From NCBI GenBank assembly GCA_003247345.1, contig QJZS01000200.1, forward strand, positions 1 through 63,569: a stretch of DNA of 63,569 nucleotides. The letters run 5' to 3'. The notes below the pieces were generated by a model. The model had not been told where the DNA came from. It saw only the letters and a list, made by a program, of their open reading frames with translations, and made no database searches. Below are positions 41,445 to 50,629 of the stretch, piece after piece. Positions within the stretch are counted from its first letter, which is position 1. Each line of letters begins with the position of its first letter. The stretch is from Spirochaetales bacterium (GTDB taxonomy: Bacteria > Spirochaetota > Spirochaetia > Sphaerochaetales > Sphaerochaetaceae). The translations under genes were made by a program, and so were the position numbers.

Positions 41445-41612
41445 ATGAGTTACAAAGGAAAAAGAACCTACCAGCCTAGTAAAGTTAAAAGAAACAGAAA
41501 GTTCGGCTTCAGGGCTCGTATGGCAACGAAGGGCGGCCGCCTCGTTTTGGCCCGCAGAAGAGCAAAAGGCAGACATAAGCTGTCCGTATGTGATGAGAAG
41601 AAGCCTTTCTAA
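41445..41612 (+). CDS. rpmH: 50S ribosomal protein L34
   Basis: Too short for the ORF track. Manual translation: [55 protein letters not shown]; GGAG SD. Confidence 0.97.
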   Translation: MSYKGKRTYQPSKVKRNRKFGFRARMATKGGRLVLARRRAKGRHKLSVCDEKKPF

Positions 41613-41943
41613 AGAAGAAATTGTAAAACGTAAACCGGAGATTGATCGTATTTTTAAAACCGGCAAGAAATATTCTTGCCGTGGATTAAAGCTTATAATA
41701 AGCAAAAACCAGTTGGACCTTGATAGGATTGTGGTAATACCAATCCGCCACTACGGAAATGCAGTTCAGAGGAACAAGATACGTAGACAAATCAAGGAAA
41801 TCTGGAGATGCGAGAAACCAAGGATGATCCCCGGTTACGATTTTGCATTTATTGTATATCCAGGAAAGGTTCTTAACCATGATTCCCAAAAAGAACAAAT
41901 ATACTCTCTCTGTGATAAGGCTGGGGTTTTTAACCAGTCCTAA
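41593..41943 (+). CDS. rnpA: Ribonuclease P protein component
   Basis: [16 protein letters not shown] motif; overlaps the rpmH 3' end. Confidence 0.93.
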   Translation: MRRSLSKEEIVKRKPEIDRIFKTGKKYSCRGLKLIISKNQLDLDRIVVIPIRHYGNAVQRNKIRRQIKEIWRCEKPRMIPGYDFAFIVYPGKVLNHDSQKEQIYSLCDKAGVFNQS

Positions 41944-42026
41944 CTCGTTCTGTTAATCCAACTCCCACGATTGTTCTATCTTTCCTGTGAATTTTTTCTC
42001 ATTACATCCCATCATCAGGAGTAGAT

Positions 42027-43847
42027 ATGGACAAAAATACCATTCTAGCCATAGTTCTGTCCGTAGTGGTCATTACCGTAGGAATGACCATCCAAACGAC
42101 ATTCTTTGCACCGGACCCAGTGTCCGCCACAACTACCGAAGAAACGGTAAGTCAAACTTCATCAACTTCAACCAATGCGCTTGAACCTGCACAATCGAGT
42201 ATAGTTTCTGCAGACCTTGCATGGGGAAGTTCTCTCCCTGGTTCTCTCGTTGCTGTAGGCAGTAATGGAACCAGTGATCCATTCACTTTTGAAACTGATT
42301 ATTTCATTATCACCTTTGATCCCAATGGTGCAGGTATTTCCTCGTTCAAGTTGAAGAAGCACCTTGATCAAGGTGAGCCGGTTGAGTTGCTGTTCAAGGG
42401 TGCTGATTCAAATGATGCATTCCTTATGTATGCAGGAAATGATCGTACCAACCCAATCACCGCTAATTTCCGTTACCAAATAGTAGGCAATAAAGTTAAA
42501 TTTACACAAGATTTTGCTTTGTTGGGTGAAGACGGGAAGACTGCTGGGTCTCCATTCACCATTACCAAGACCTATTCCTTTGGCACTGAAGACTACTTGT
42601 TCCAGGTTGATGTTCAGACAACGAACAGCGTAAACAAGGCTATACCTCTTTCCTTCAATAATTTTGCCTATACTTTGGCATTTGAACCTCAGATTGGACC
42701 TTCCTTCTCTACTTTGAACGGAAACTACAATTATCGTCGTTTCTATATCAAGGAAGATGGTTCAAACAAGAAGAATCAGGTTAAGCTCAGCAATGGAGCC
42801 TATTCCACAACAAAGCCATTGTCATGGGTCGCTTTGGTCGGAAAGTATTTCTCCTTGATCGCTATTCCTGATGCTACCAATTATACAGTCAACCTCAGTG
42901 AGGTTTCAGGTACAGAAGTACCGGTACAATCCAGTATCTATCTGAGTCGTCCTACGATTAAGAGTGCTTCACAAACTGATACGTTCCGTTTCTATGCAGG
43001 ACCTCAGCTCAAGAGTGATATGGCCATCTATAATGATGCAGCAGATAATAGTTTCGGCGTAGCTGATTTGCAGCTTGAGACAGCCCTGGACAGCAGTTCT
43101 TGGCTGGGCTGGCTTGAGAATATTCTGAAGACTATTCTAAACTTGCTGTATAAATTGATTCCAAACTATGGCGTAGGTATCATCATCCTGACATTCTTGC
43201 TGAAATTGATACTTTACCCAATTACCAAGAAGGGTATGGAATCCACTGCAAAGATGGCAACGCTTTCACCGAAAATGCAGGAGATCAAAGAAAAATATCC
43301 TGACAATCCAACCAAACAGAATGAGGAAATGGCTGCCCTGTACAAGACTGAGCAGATTAATCCAATGGGTGGATGTCTTCCTATGCTTCTGCAATTCCCG
43401 ATTTTGATTGCATTCTACGGATTGTTGAATAAGCACTTCGAGCTTCGCGGTGCCATGTTCATTCCTGGCTGGATTCCTGATCTCAGCTTGCCGGATACCG
43501 TATTCATCTTCCCGTTCAATCTGCCGTTCCTCGGTAATGAGTTACACCTGCTTCCGATCTTCTATACGGTGAGTATGATATTCTCCATGAAGATTACCCA
43601 GAGTGGTTCAACTCAGGCTGCTGGACAACAAGGCATGATGAAGATGATGACCTACGGTATGCCGATTATGTTCTTCTTTGTCTTGTATAATGCACCTTCC
43701 GGGTTGATTCTCTACTGGTCTGTAATGAATGCGATTTCTATCCTTCAGCAGTTGCACACCAACAAGAAGAAAAGACTGGAAGCAGAGCACGAACCTGCGA
43801 TTCAGGTATTCCCTGGTCCCAAGGGCAAAGGCAAGAAGCGCAAATAA
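42027..43847 (+). CDS. yidC: Membrane protein insertase YidC
   Basis: MDKNTILAIVLS, NYGVGIIILT, NPMGGCLPMLLQFP, WIPDLSLPD, PSGLILYW. Confidence 0.97.
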   Translation: MDKNTILAIVLSVVVITVGMTIQTTFFAPDPVSATTTEETVSQTSSTSTNALEPAQSSIVSADLAWGSSLPGSLVAVGSNGTSDPFTFETDYFIITFDPNGAGISSFKLKKHLDQGEPVELLFKGADSNDAFLMYAGNDRTNPITANFRYQIVGNKVKFTQDFALLGEDGKTAGSPFTITKTYSFGTEDYLFQVDVQTTNSVNKAIPLSFNNFAYTLAFEPQIGPSFSTLNGNYNYRRFYIKEDGSNKKNQVKLSNGAYSTTKPLSWVALVGKYFSLIAIPDATNYTVNLSEVSGTEVPVQSSIYLSRPTIKSASQTDTFRFYAGPQLKSDMAIYNDAADNSFGVADLQLETALDSSSWLGWLENILKTILNLLYKLIPNYGVGIIILTFLLKLILYPITKKGMESTAKMATLSPKMQEIKEKYPDNPTKQNEEMAALYKTEQINPMGGCLPMLLQFPILIAFYGLLNKHFELRGAMFIPGWIPDLSLPDTVFIFPFNLPFLGNELHLLPIFYTVSMIFSMKITQSGSTQAAGQQGMMKMMTYGMPIMFFFVLYNAPSGLILYWSVMNAISILQQLHTNKKKRLEAEHEPAIQVFPGPKGKGKKRK

Positions 43848-43899
43848 CGAATAGAAATTTTACTGCAGGGGAAGTTATTCCCCTGAACGGAGTAGCCAT

Positions 43900-44571
43900 A
43901 TGATGAAAGAATTCGAAGGACGGACAGAGCAGGAGGCTATTGCAAAGGCAATAGAGGAACTGCATATTGAACGTGAAGATTTCGATGTAGAAATTGTTGA
44001 ACCAGTTAAGAAAAGCTTGTTCAAAAAGAGTAATGTAAAAATTAGAATCCATTTTGATGATGCAAGCAATCTCGAGCCGGATGTAGTTGAAGAGGAAGAA
44101 CTTGATCACCCTTTCAACAGTGAGCTTGAGGATAAATTGCTTACATTCGTGGCAACCATGCTTGATAAGATGGGCTATGAGGGAAGCGTTTCGATTACAT
44201 TCAGGAAAGAACGTAAACTTGGCCTGAATATCGAGAGTGATAACTCAAACATCATTATCGGACGGAAGGGAAAGAACCTGGATGCAATCCAGTTGTTGGC
44301 AAATGTGTATGTTGGGCAGCTTGATCCTGATTTGAAAGTCATTGTTGATAGTGAGAACTACCGCATGCGTCATGAAGAACAGCTGATTAGGATGGCATTC
44401 AAGACAGCAGAGCAGGTTCGTAAGAGCGGAAGAAGCAAGTTGCTTGAACCAATGAACCCGTATGAAAGAAGACTGGTGCACACTGCCCTCAATGATTTTA
44501 GTGGCGTGGAAACCAAGAGTGAAGGGGACGGGCTGTACAAGCAGATCCGTATCTCCAATCAGAAAAACTAG
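43900..44571 (+). CDS. jag: Jag/EloR RNA-binding protein (Jag_N, KH, R3H)
   Basis: EFEGRTEQEAI, IIGRKGKNLDAIQ, PMNPYERRLVH. Confidence 0.95.
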   Translation: MMKEFEGRTEQEAIAKAIEELHIEREDFDVEIVEPVKKSLFKKSNVKIRIHFDDASNLEPDVVEEEELDHPFNSELEDKLLTFVATMLDKMGYEGSVSITFRKERKLGLNIESDNSNIIIGRKGKNLDAIQLLANVYVGQLDPDLKVIVDSENYRMRHEEQLIRMAFKTAEQVRKSGRSKLLEPMNPYERRLVHTALNDFSGVETKSEGDGLYKQIRISNQKN

Positions 44572-44582
44572 TTCAAACACCC

Positions 44583-44619
44583 AAAGAAAAAAGGAATCCA
44601 ACCGGATTCCTTTTTCTTT
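44583..44619. terminator. Bidirectional terminator between jag and metK
   Basis: AAAGAAAAAAGGAATCC-AACC-GGATTCCTTTTTCTTT. Confidence 0.85.
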
Positions 44620-44636
44620 GCTCTTTTTGTTTTAAC

Positions 44637-45782
44637 TTAAGCGAGGGAGATGATTTGTTCCCAAGGCATATCGCTTCTACCGAAATGTCCATAGTTCATG
44701 TTTTTCTGATAAATAGGACGTTTCAAATCCAAGGTTCTGATAATACCTGCAGGTGATAGATCGAATTTCTCGCGTACCAGTTTCTCGATCTTTCCGTTCT
44801 CGAGTGTGCCGGTACCGAAGGTATCGACATAGATTGAGATTGGATAGGGAACTCCTATTGCATAGGAGAGCTGAACTTCACAAGTACTGCAAAAACCGTT
44901 TGCTACCAAATTCTTTGCGACATAACGTGCCATGTAGGCGCCGCTGCGGTCTACTTTAGAAGGATCTTTACCGCTGAATGCACCGCCGCCATGGCGACCC
45001 ATTCCACCATAGGTATCTACGATAATCTTACGTCCGGTAAGGCCTGTGTCTCCAGCAGGTCCACCGATGACAAAACGACCGGTCGGGTTGATGTAAATCT
45101 TTGTTTTTTCATCAAGCATGTTTGTAGAGCCTAAAACGGACTGGATAATGTCTTTGGTGAAGAATTCAACCAACTGCTCCCTTGTAGCACTTTTTGCATG
45201 CTGATGACTGATGACTACCGTATCGATATGTACTGGTTTTCCGTCTTCATATTGAAGAGATACCTGACTTTTGGAGTCAGGGCGAAGGAACGGAGCTTGG
45301 CTGCTTTTTCTCAGTTCACTTGCTTTTTTAAGCAACTGATGGGCCCAATAGATCGGAGCAGGCATCAACTCTTCGGTTTCATCGCAAGCATATCCGAACA
45401 TCATACCTTGGTCGCCAGCACCTTGCTCTCCATACATGGAAGTAGCAGCAGTTACACCCAAGGAGATGTCTTCCGACTGCGTGTTGGTGAAATCCATTAC
45501 CTGAAGTGTACGATAGTCAAATCCACATCCTTCTTCGGTATATCCGATTTCCTTGACAGTCGACCTGACGATATTTTCAATATCCAATTGAGCACTGGTG
45601 GTCATTTCTCCACCGACCACAACTCTGTCAGTTGTAGCAAAGACTTCACAAGCAACCCTGCTCTGAGGATCTTGTGACAAACAAGTGTCAAGGACAGCAT
45701 CCGAAATCTGGTCGCAGACTTTATCCGGATGTCCCTCACTCACTGATTCTGAAGTGAAAATGTGTGAACCTTGTAAAATCAT
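44637..45782 (-). CDS. metK: S-adenosylmethionine synthetase
   Basis: [35 protein letters not shown]. Confidence 0.99.
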   Translation of the reverse strand: MILQGSHIFTSESVSEGHPDKVCDQISDAVLDTCLSQDPQSRVACEVFATTDRVVVGGEMTTSAQLDIENIVRSTVKEIGYTEEGCGFDYRTLQVMDFTNTQSEDISLGVTAATSMYGEQGAGDQGMMFGYACDETEELMPAPIYWAHQLLKKASELRKSSQAPFLRPDSKSQVSLQYEDGKPVHIDTVVISHQHAKSATREQLVEFFTKDIIQSVLGSTNMLDEKTKIYINPTGRFVIGGPAGDTGLTGRKIIVDTYGGMGRHGGGAFSGKDPSKVDRSGAYMARYVAKNLVANGFCSTCEVQLSYAIGVPYPISIYVDTFGTGTLENGKIEKLVREKFDLSPAGIIRTLDLKRPIYQKNMNYGHFGRSDMPWEQIISLA

Positions 45783-45841
45783 GATAAACCCTTCCTATTG
45801 GAACTGCGGAAGGAGGAACTCAATGCATAGATTGCTGCGCT

Positions 45842-45903
45842 CCCCTTTTAGCAAGTTTCTTTATTGACGCCCGCAAGCCAGGGAGGCTGACAAATCGACG
45901 TCA
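45842..45903 (-). promoter_or_regulatory. SAM-II-class riboswitch aptamer upstream of metK
   Basis: Minus strand TGACGTC-GATTTG..TTGCG-GGCGTCA-ATAAA..GCTAAAAGGGG: a P1 stem plus the GAUUU, UUGC, AUAAA and GCUAAA hallmarks. Confidence 0.8.
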
Positions 45904-45959
45904 TCAGAAGAGATAATAACAACTTATGTGTTTTTTTTCAAGACATATGTATAACTTTA

Positions 45960-45978
45960 CATAACAATAATTGTTATG
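45960..45978. promoter_or_regulatory. Palindromic operator CATAACAAT-A-ATTGTTATG across the HTH-gene promoter spacer
   Basis: Perfect 9-1-9 inverted repeat between TTTACA (45956) and TATATT (45980). Confidence 0.7.
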
Positions 45979-45992
45979 ATATATTTAATGTT

Positions 45993-46514
45993 ATGAAAAC
46001 ACTCCAATTACATGACGGGAAGCAGATGGAAATCTACATGCATCCCAAAAGACAACAGATTTTGCATGAATTAAGCGTGCAAGGGCCAATGACAGCCAAG
46101 ATGCTCAGTTCTGAGTTGGATATGACTCCTTCGAGTGCAAAACATCATCTTTTGCGCCTTCAGGAGTTGGGGGTAGTCGAAGTCGACCATACACAGCTCA
46201 TTCATGGGATAACAGCCACGTATTTTCGGAAGGTTGCGATTACGATCAGTTTCAGTACCCTTGCTGAAGAGAACAAAGTTGTGGCATCGAATTTTGCAAC
46301 AAAGCAGGTGTATGACAGGTTCTATGAAAAAGAACGAAAAGGTTTTGATGAAAACGGACATTTCTTGGCAGACCAACTATCGGGAGTAATCCATTTGAGA
46401 GAAGATGAAGCAGATGAGCTTTACAAATTGATCAGGTCGTTTCTTGATGACCATGAGGGGCGGGAGAAGGGAACTGTTCCCTTTTCCTATGCCTTGGTAG
46501 CCTATCATGTCTAA
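45993..46514 (+). CDS. ArsR/HTH_20 winged-helix transcriptional regulator
   Basis: HPKRQQIL..PMTAKMLS..TPSSAKHHLLRLQELGVVE. Confidence 0.88.
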   Translation: MKTLQLHDGKQMEIYMHPKRQQILHELSVQGPMTAKMLSSELDMTPSSAKHHLLRLQELGVVEVDHTQLIHGITATYFRKVAITISFSTLAEENKVVASNFATKQVYDRFYEKERKGFDENGHFLADQLSGVIHLREDEADELYKLIRSFLDDHEGREKGTVPFSYALVAYHV

Positions 46515-47715
46515 ATCTTTTCGCATGAGCTCCTATATGGGGGTAATGGCTCTCAATTACTTGGCACTTGGGATTACCTTGCCGGCAATGAGCCTGATTG
46601 TTGTCAGCAAGGGGTATCCGCTGACAACTCTGGCTTTGATAATGATGATATACTCAGCCACCGTCATGGTCTTTGAAGTTCCAAGTGGGTTGTTTGCCGA
46701 TGCAAAGGGCCGAAAGACCAGTTTCATCTTTGGTATAGCTCTTTCTACTCTGGGTGTTGGTTGTATGTTCGCCCAAAATCTTATGGTTATTTGTACTGGG
46801 TTTGCGCTTTCTGGTGCAGGAAGAGCCTATGGAAGCGGGAGTCTTGATGCCTTGTTCATTGAGGAGGGACAAGTTCATGGGAAGCGTTTGGAGACCTTGG
46901 TTTTTGCTTTGGAGATCAACTCAGGCGTCTCGTTAAGTATTGGAGCTCTTATAGGCGGTTGGTTGCTTACCCTGGGTCAGGAAGGTCCTACATTGACCTA
47001 TCCCATTCTTATGGTTCGTATCAGCTTATTGATTCTTTCTCTGTTGCTTGTCATGATCAGCATCAACGAAAAGCAGAGGCTCAACCATACTCATGTAACC
47101 TTCTTTGCCCAGATTACGTTGTTCAAGCAATTATTGGGAGGAACACCCTTTTTACTGCTATTCAGTATGAGCGTATTTTTAAAAGGTATGTTGCTTTCTT
47201 CTGTTGAGGGGTTCTGGCAACCCTATTTGAAGAATCTGCTTTCCAATGACTCTCAATATTGGATTTTAGGGGCTGTTGCCTCTCTCATTTTTGGCATTAG
47301 TGTCATTGGGTCTTTGATTGGTCAAAAAATGGTGGGTTTAAAAAATCCTGTAGGAATCTACAGCATCATGTTTTTGATAATTTTTGGCTTTCAGATTCTA
47401 CTCTCCCTTACACAACATACCCTCTCGTTTCTGATAGTTTACTGTCTCATCTATCTTTTCTTAGGAGGGTCTTCAGTGGTTGGCGAGTATATCCTCAATA
47501 AAGCGACGAAAGACGAGGTGCGTTCTTCAATGCTCAGCCTCTCTTCATTCAGTTTGCAAAGTGGGGCTATTATTTCAAATATTTTGGCTACTCTGACGTT
47601 TCTGTATGGCGGTATTGATCTGCTGTGGAAGCTGTGTGCGATTTTGGGAGCATTAGGATTCGTTTTCCTTACAAAACCAATGTTACAGCAATTTCCAAGC
47701 GTCACTGGTCAGTAA
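46507..47715 (+). CDS. MFS transporter
   Basis: FEVPSGLFADAKGRK (motif A), SGSLDAL, about 12 hydrophobic segments. Confidence 0.9.
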   Translation: MSKSFRMSSYMGVMALNYLALGITLPAMSLIVVSKGYPLTTLALIMMIYSATVMVFEVPSGLFADAKGRKTSFIFGIALSTLGVGCMFAQNLMVICTGFALSGAGRAYGSGSLDALFIEEGQVHGKRLETLVFALEINSGVSLSIGALIGGWLLTLGQEGPTLTYPILMVRISLLILSLLLVMISINEKQRLNHTHVTFFAQITLFKQLLGGTPFLLLFSMSVFLKGMLLSSVEGFWQPYLKNLLSNDSQYWILGAVASLIFGISVIGSLIGQKMVGLKNPVGIYSIMFLIIFGFQILLSLTQHTLSFLIVYCLIYLFLGGSSVVGEYILNKATKDEVRSSMLSLSSFSLQSGAIISNILATLTFLYGGIDLLWKLCAILGALGFVFLTKPMLQQFPSVTGQ

Positions 47716-48699
47716 CTCTCTGAGTTGTGCTGCCTTTTCGCTGCTGAATTGGGCTCCTCGCTGGGTGATGATCTCTCCGGCAAGGATTGATGCAATAATC
47801 CCTGAATCCTTGATGGAAAAATCATGATAGAGTCCGTACAGGAATCCTGCAGCATATACATCGCCGGCTCCCGTTGTGTCTACCGGAGTTACAGGTCCTT
47901 TTACGGGGATGTTGATGACCTTTCCCTCATGTGAGATATACGAGCCCTTCTTGCCGTTTTTTACGATTGCCGTTCTGCATAGCTTTCCCATGGAACGACA
48001 ACACTCATAGGGATCATAATTGTCAAAGAGGATACGGGCTTCCTCCCTATTGGCGTAGACTACATCACAATCTTCTTTGATCAACTTTAAAAACGGCTCT
48101 CTGTAACGTCCGACGGCAAAGGGATCAGCAATATCAAAGGAGACAAGAGTATTGTGTTTCTTGGCGATTTGTAGTGCCTTTGTAATAGCTTCCTGTTGGC
48201 TTTGGGTATCCCACATATAACCAGTAAAATGGAATATGGAAGCATCTTGTACAGTCTTTTCATCAACATCCGAGGCTTCGTATAAGCGGTTCGCTCCGAG
48301 ATACGTATTCATGCTACGTTCACTATCGGGGGTAATCAAAATGACTGTGGAACCAGTCTTATCCCTATCGGTAACTGCCAATTGGTCATGGACTCCCAAT
48401 TCCCTCAATCGTGAGGTATAGATGGCCCCGTTCTCATCGTTTCCGATTTTACCAGCAAGAGTCGCATTTACTCCGAGCGAAGCCAATGCAATGATGGTAT
48501 TCGGACATGAACCACCACAACTGTAGGTGGTATTTCGTTGTTTGGAGAGATTCAACAGCTCTTCCATTCTCTCTTGTTGGATGAGGGCCATGGTACCTTT
48601 ATGGATTCCCAGCGCAGTGATATCCTCTTCTTCGACACTTACGATTATGTCGATGAGAGGATTCCCGATACCATAGACCATTTGCGCTCGATTTTTCAT
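47683..48699 (-). CDS. PfkB-family carbohydrate/nucleoside kinase (adenosine kinase-like)
   Basis: GIGNPLID, GGSCPNT, ERSMNTYLGA, ANREEA, DTTGAGDVYAAGF. Start at MKNRAQ. Confidence 0.9.
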   Translation of the reverse strand: MKNRAQMVYGIGNPLIDIIVSVEEEDITALGIHKGTMALIQQERMEELLNLSKQRNTTYSCGGSCPNTIIALASLGVNATLAGKIGNDENGAIYTSRLRELGVHDQLAVTDRDKTGSTVILITPDSERSMNTYLGANRLYEASDVDEKTVQDASIFHFTGYMWDTQSQQEAITKALQIAKKHNTLVSFDIADPFAVGRYREPFLKLIKEDCDVVYANREEARILFDNYDPYECCRSMGKLCRTAIVKNGKKGSYISHEGKVINIPVKGPVTPVDTTGAGDVYAAGFLYGLYHDFSIKDSGIIASILAGEIITQRGAQFSSEKAAQLRELLTSDAWKLL

Positions 48700-48790
48700 G
48701 TTTGAATATTCTAGCATTGCTTGTACGCAGAATTCAATAAGGAGCTTGCGAAAGTGCCTTGCCAAGGGTAGGATGAATGCGGAGGCAGCA

Positions 48791-50080
48791 ATGGGAGAAT
48801 ACCGCATCATCGGGGGAAGAGAAGCAAGTGGGGAAGTAACGATCAGCGGAAATAAGAACGGCGCTCTTTCCTGTCTTGCTGCAACACTCTTGACGGACCA
48901 TCCTATTCGGCTTGGAAACATCCCCGATATTGAGGATGTTCAGGTCATGATCAAATTGCTTGAAAACCTTGGTTCAAATGTTGTGCGAGAAGATGCCAAT
49001 ACCTATACCATTACAACCGGAGGAAGATCTGGGCGTCTGAAGAAGAAATTGGTACAGGCGGTACGAGGATCCATCCTGCTGCTTGGTCCTTTATTGGCTA
49101 CCAATGATGAAGTACTGCTTACCCCTCCAGGAGGCGACGTTATCGGTCTTCGCAGGCTTGATACACATTTCCTTGGCCTTTCCGCCTTAGGAGCTACTTG
49201 CTCCATCAATGAAGAAGGGGAAATCCATATAAAAGCAGATCATGCCAGATTGTCCGGAAATGATATTTTTCTTGATGAAGCATCGGTGACCGCTACCGAG
49301 AACGTAATTATGGCGGCTTCTCTTGCCCAAGGAACCAGCATTCTCCGTAATGCAGCAAGTGAACCGCATATACAGGACCTTTGCCGTATGCTTTGTAAAA
49401 TGGGATGTAAGATAGAAGGCATCGGTTCGAACCTTCTTTCCATAACAGGACAAAAAAAGCTGTACGGCTGTGAATTCACCATTGGGGCCGATTACATGGA
49501 AGCCGGTTCCTACATCGGGCTTTGTGCTGCTACGAAAGGCCAATTATTGCTAAGGGAAGTGCAACCTGAGAACTTAAGGATGATTCGCCTTGGCTTTGAA
49601 AGAATCGGTATCACCTTTGTGGACGACGGTCCGTCCTCCATCTTGGTTCCCAAAAAGCAAACCCGTATTTTATCCAAGGAAATCGGGGGACATACCGCCA
49701 AGATTGATGATGCTCCATGGCCGGGCTTCCCTGCCGATTTGTTAAGTATCATTACGGTCTGTGCCACCCAAATGCAAGGATCGATTCTTATCCATGAAAA
49801 GATGTTTGAATCGAGAATGTTCTTTATCGATTGGCTAATTAGAATGGGCGCTGATATCATTCTTTGTGATCCCCACAGAGCAGTCGTGAATGGTCCTTCC
49901 CAGCTTTTGGGCTCTGAGCTTTCCAGTCCGGATGTACGAGCTGGAATGGCCTTGGTGATTGCCTCCGCTTGTGCCCAAGGAGAAAGCGTCATTCAGAATA
50001 TTTACCAAATTGAACGAGGATACGAGAACCTTTGCGGTAAGCTTTCCTCCCTTGGATTGGCAATCGAGAGGCATTCGTAA
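48791..50080 (+). CDS. murA: UDP-N-acetylglucosamine 1-carboxyvinyltransferase
   Basis: SGNKNGAL, PGGDVIGLRRLDTH, SVTATEN, PWPGFPAD, FESR, PDVRAG, ERGY; GGAGG SD before ATG 48791. Confidence 0.96.
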   Translation: MGEYRIIGGREASGEVTISGNKNGALSCLAATLLTDHPIRLGNIPDIEDVQVMIKLLENLGSNVVREDANTYTITTGGRSGRLKKKLVQAVRGSILLLGPLLATNDEVLLTPPGGDVIGLRRLDTHFLGLSALGATCSINEEGEIHIKADHARLSGNDIFLDEASVTATENVIMAASLAQGTSILRNAASEPHIQDLCRMLCKMGCKIEGIGSNLLSITGQKKLYGCEFTIGADYMEAGSYIGLCAATKGQLLLREVQPENLRMIRLGFERIGITFVDDGPSSILVPKKQTRILSKEIGGHTAKIDDAPWPGFPADLLSIITVCATQMQGSILIHEKMFESRMFFIDWLIRMGADIILCDPHRAVVNGPSQLLGSELSSPDVRAGMALVIASACAQGESVIQNIYQIERGYENLCGKLSSLGLAIERHS

Positions 50081-50108
50081 TTCTCTATTTTTATTGAAGT
50101 TCAATAGG

Positions 50109-50395
50109 TTGTCCACAGTGTGCTCCCGATGTTATCCACAAGTTGTCCACAAGCAGTAAAAGCACCTTTTAACCAAGGCTCTAGATAGGACTGATTTGCA
50201 ATAGGTAAGGAAGGGTTTTTTACGGTATTGTAAATAGTGTTAACTATATATAAATAAAAGAAATATGTATTTATATACCAAACAGATTTCATCGTATTTT
50301 TATATAAGTTTTATGCGGTTTTTATTGCTTACTAACTCACTCTACATTAGGGTACTTTAACGGGTTATCAACAAGTTATCCACAAGTTTTCCCTG
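50109..50395 (+). other. Second DnaA-box cluster, distal to oriC
   Basis: TTGTCCACA 50109, TTATCCACA 50132, TTGTCCACA 50143, TTATCAACA 50365, TTATCCACA 50376; all co-oriented and flanking an AT-rich core. Confidence 0.8.
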
Positions 50396-50629
50396 TTGTA
50401 TGTTGTTGCAATAACTCTTCTCTGGACGTCAATTAGCATTAATTTTTCATGATAGATTTTGTGCAATAGAAATGTGAAAAATCTAGGGTGGGTTGTGTGC
50501 AAATTGTCCCTTGTATTGCATCGTTACTGAGATTCTGATTATTTCCATGGGACTAAGTATCCAAGAATATTGGGGTACATGAATTGTTGGAAATTAGAAA
50601 ATAAGTTTACTGATTACTTGCCTATTCGA

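Noticed and set aside
47683-48921. Extended, mutually overlapping N-termini of pfkB (48921) and murA (48698)
   Set aside because: Longest-ORF artefacts; promoter, SD and family motifs support starts at 48699 and 48791.
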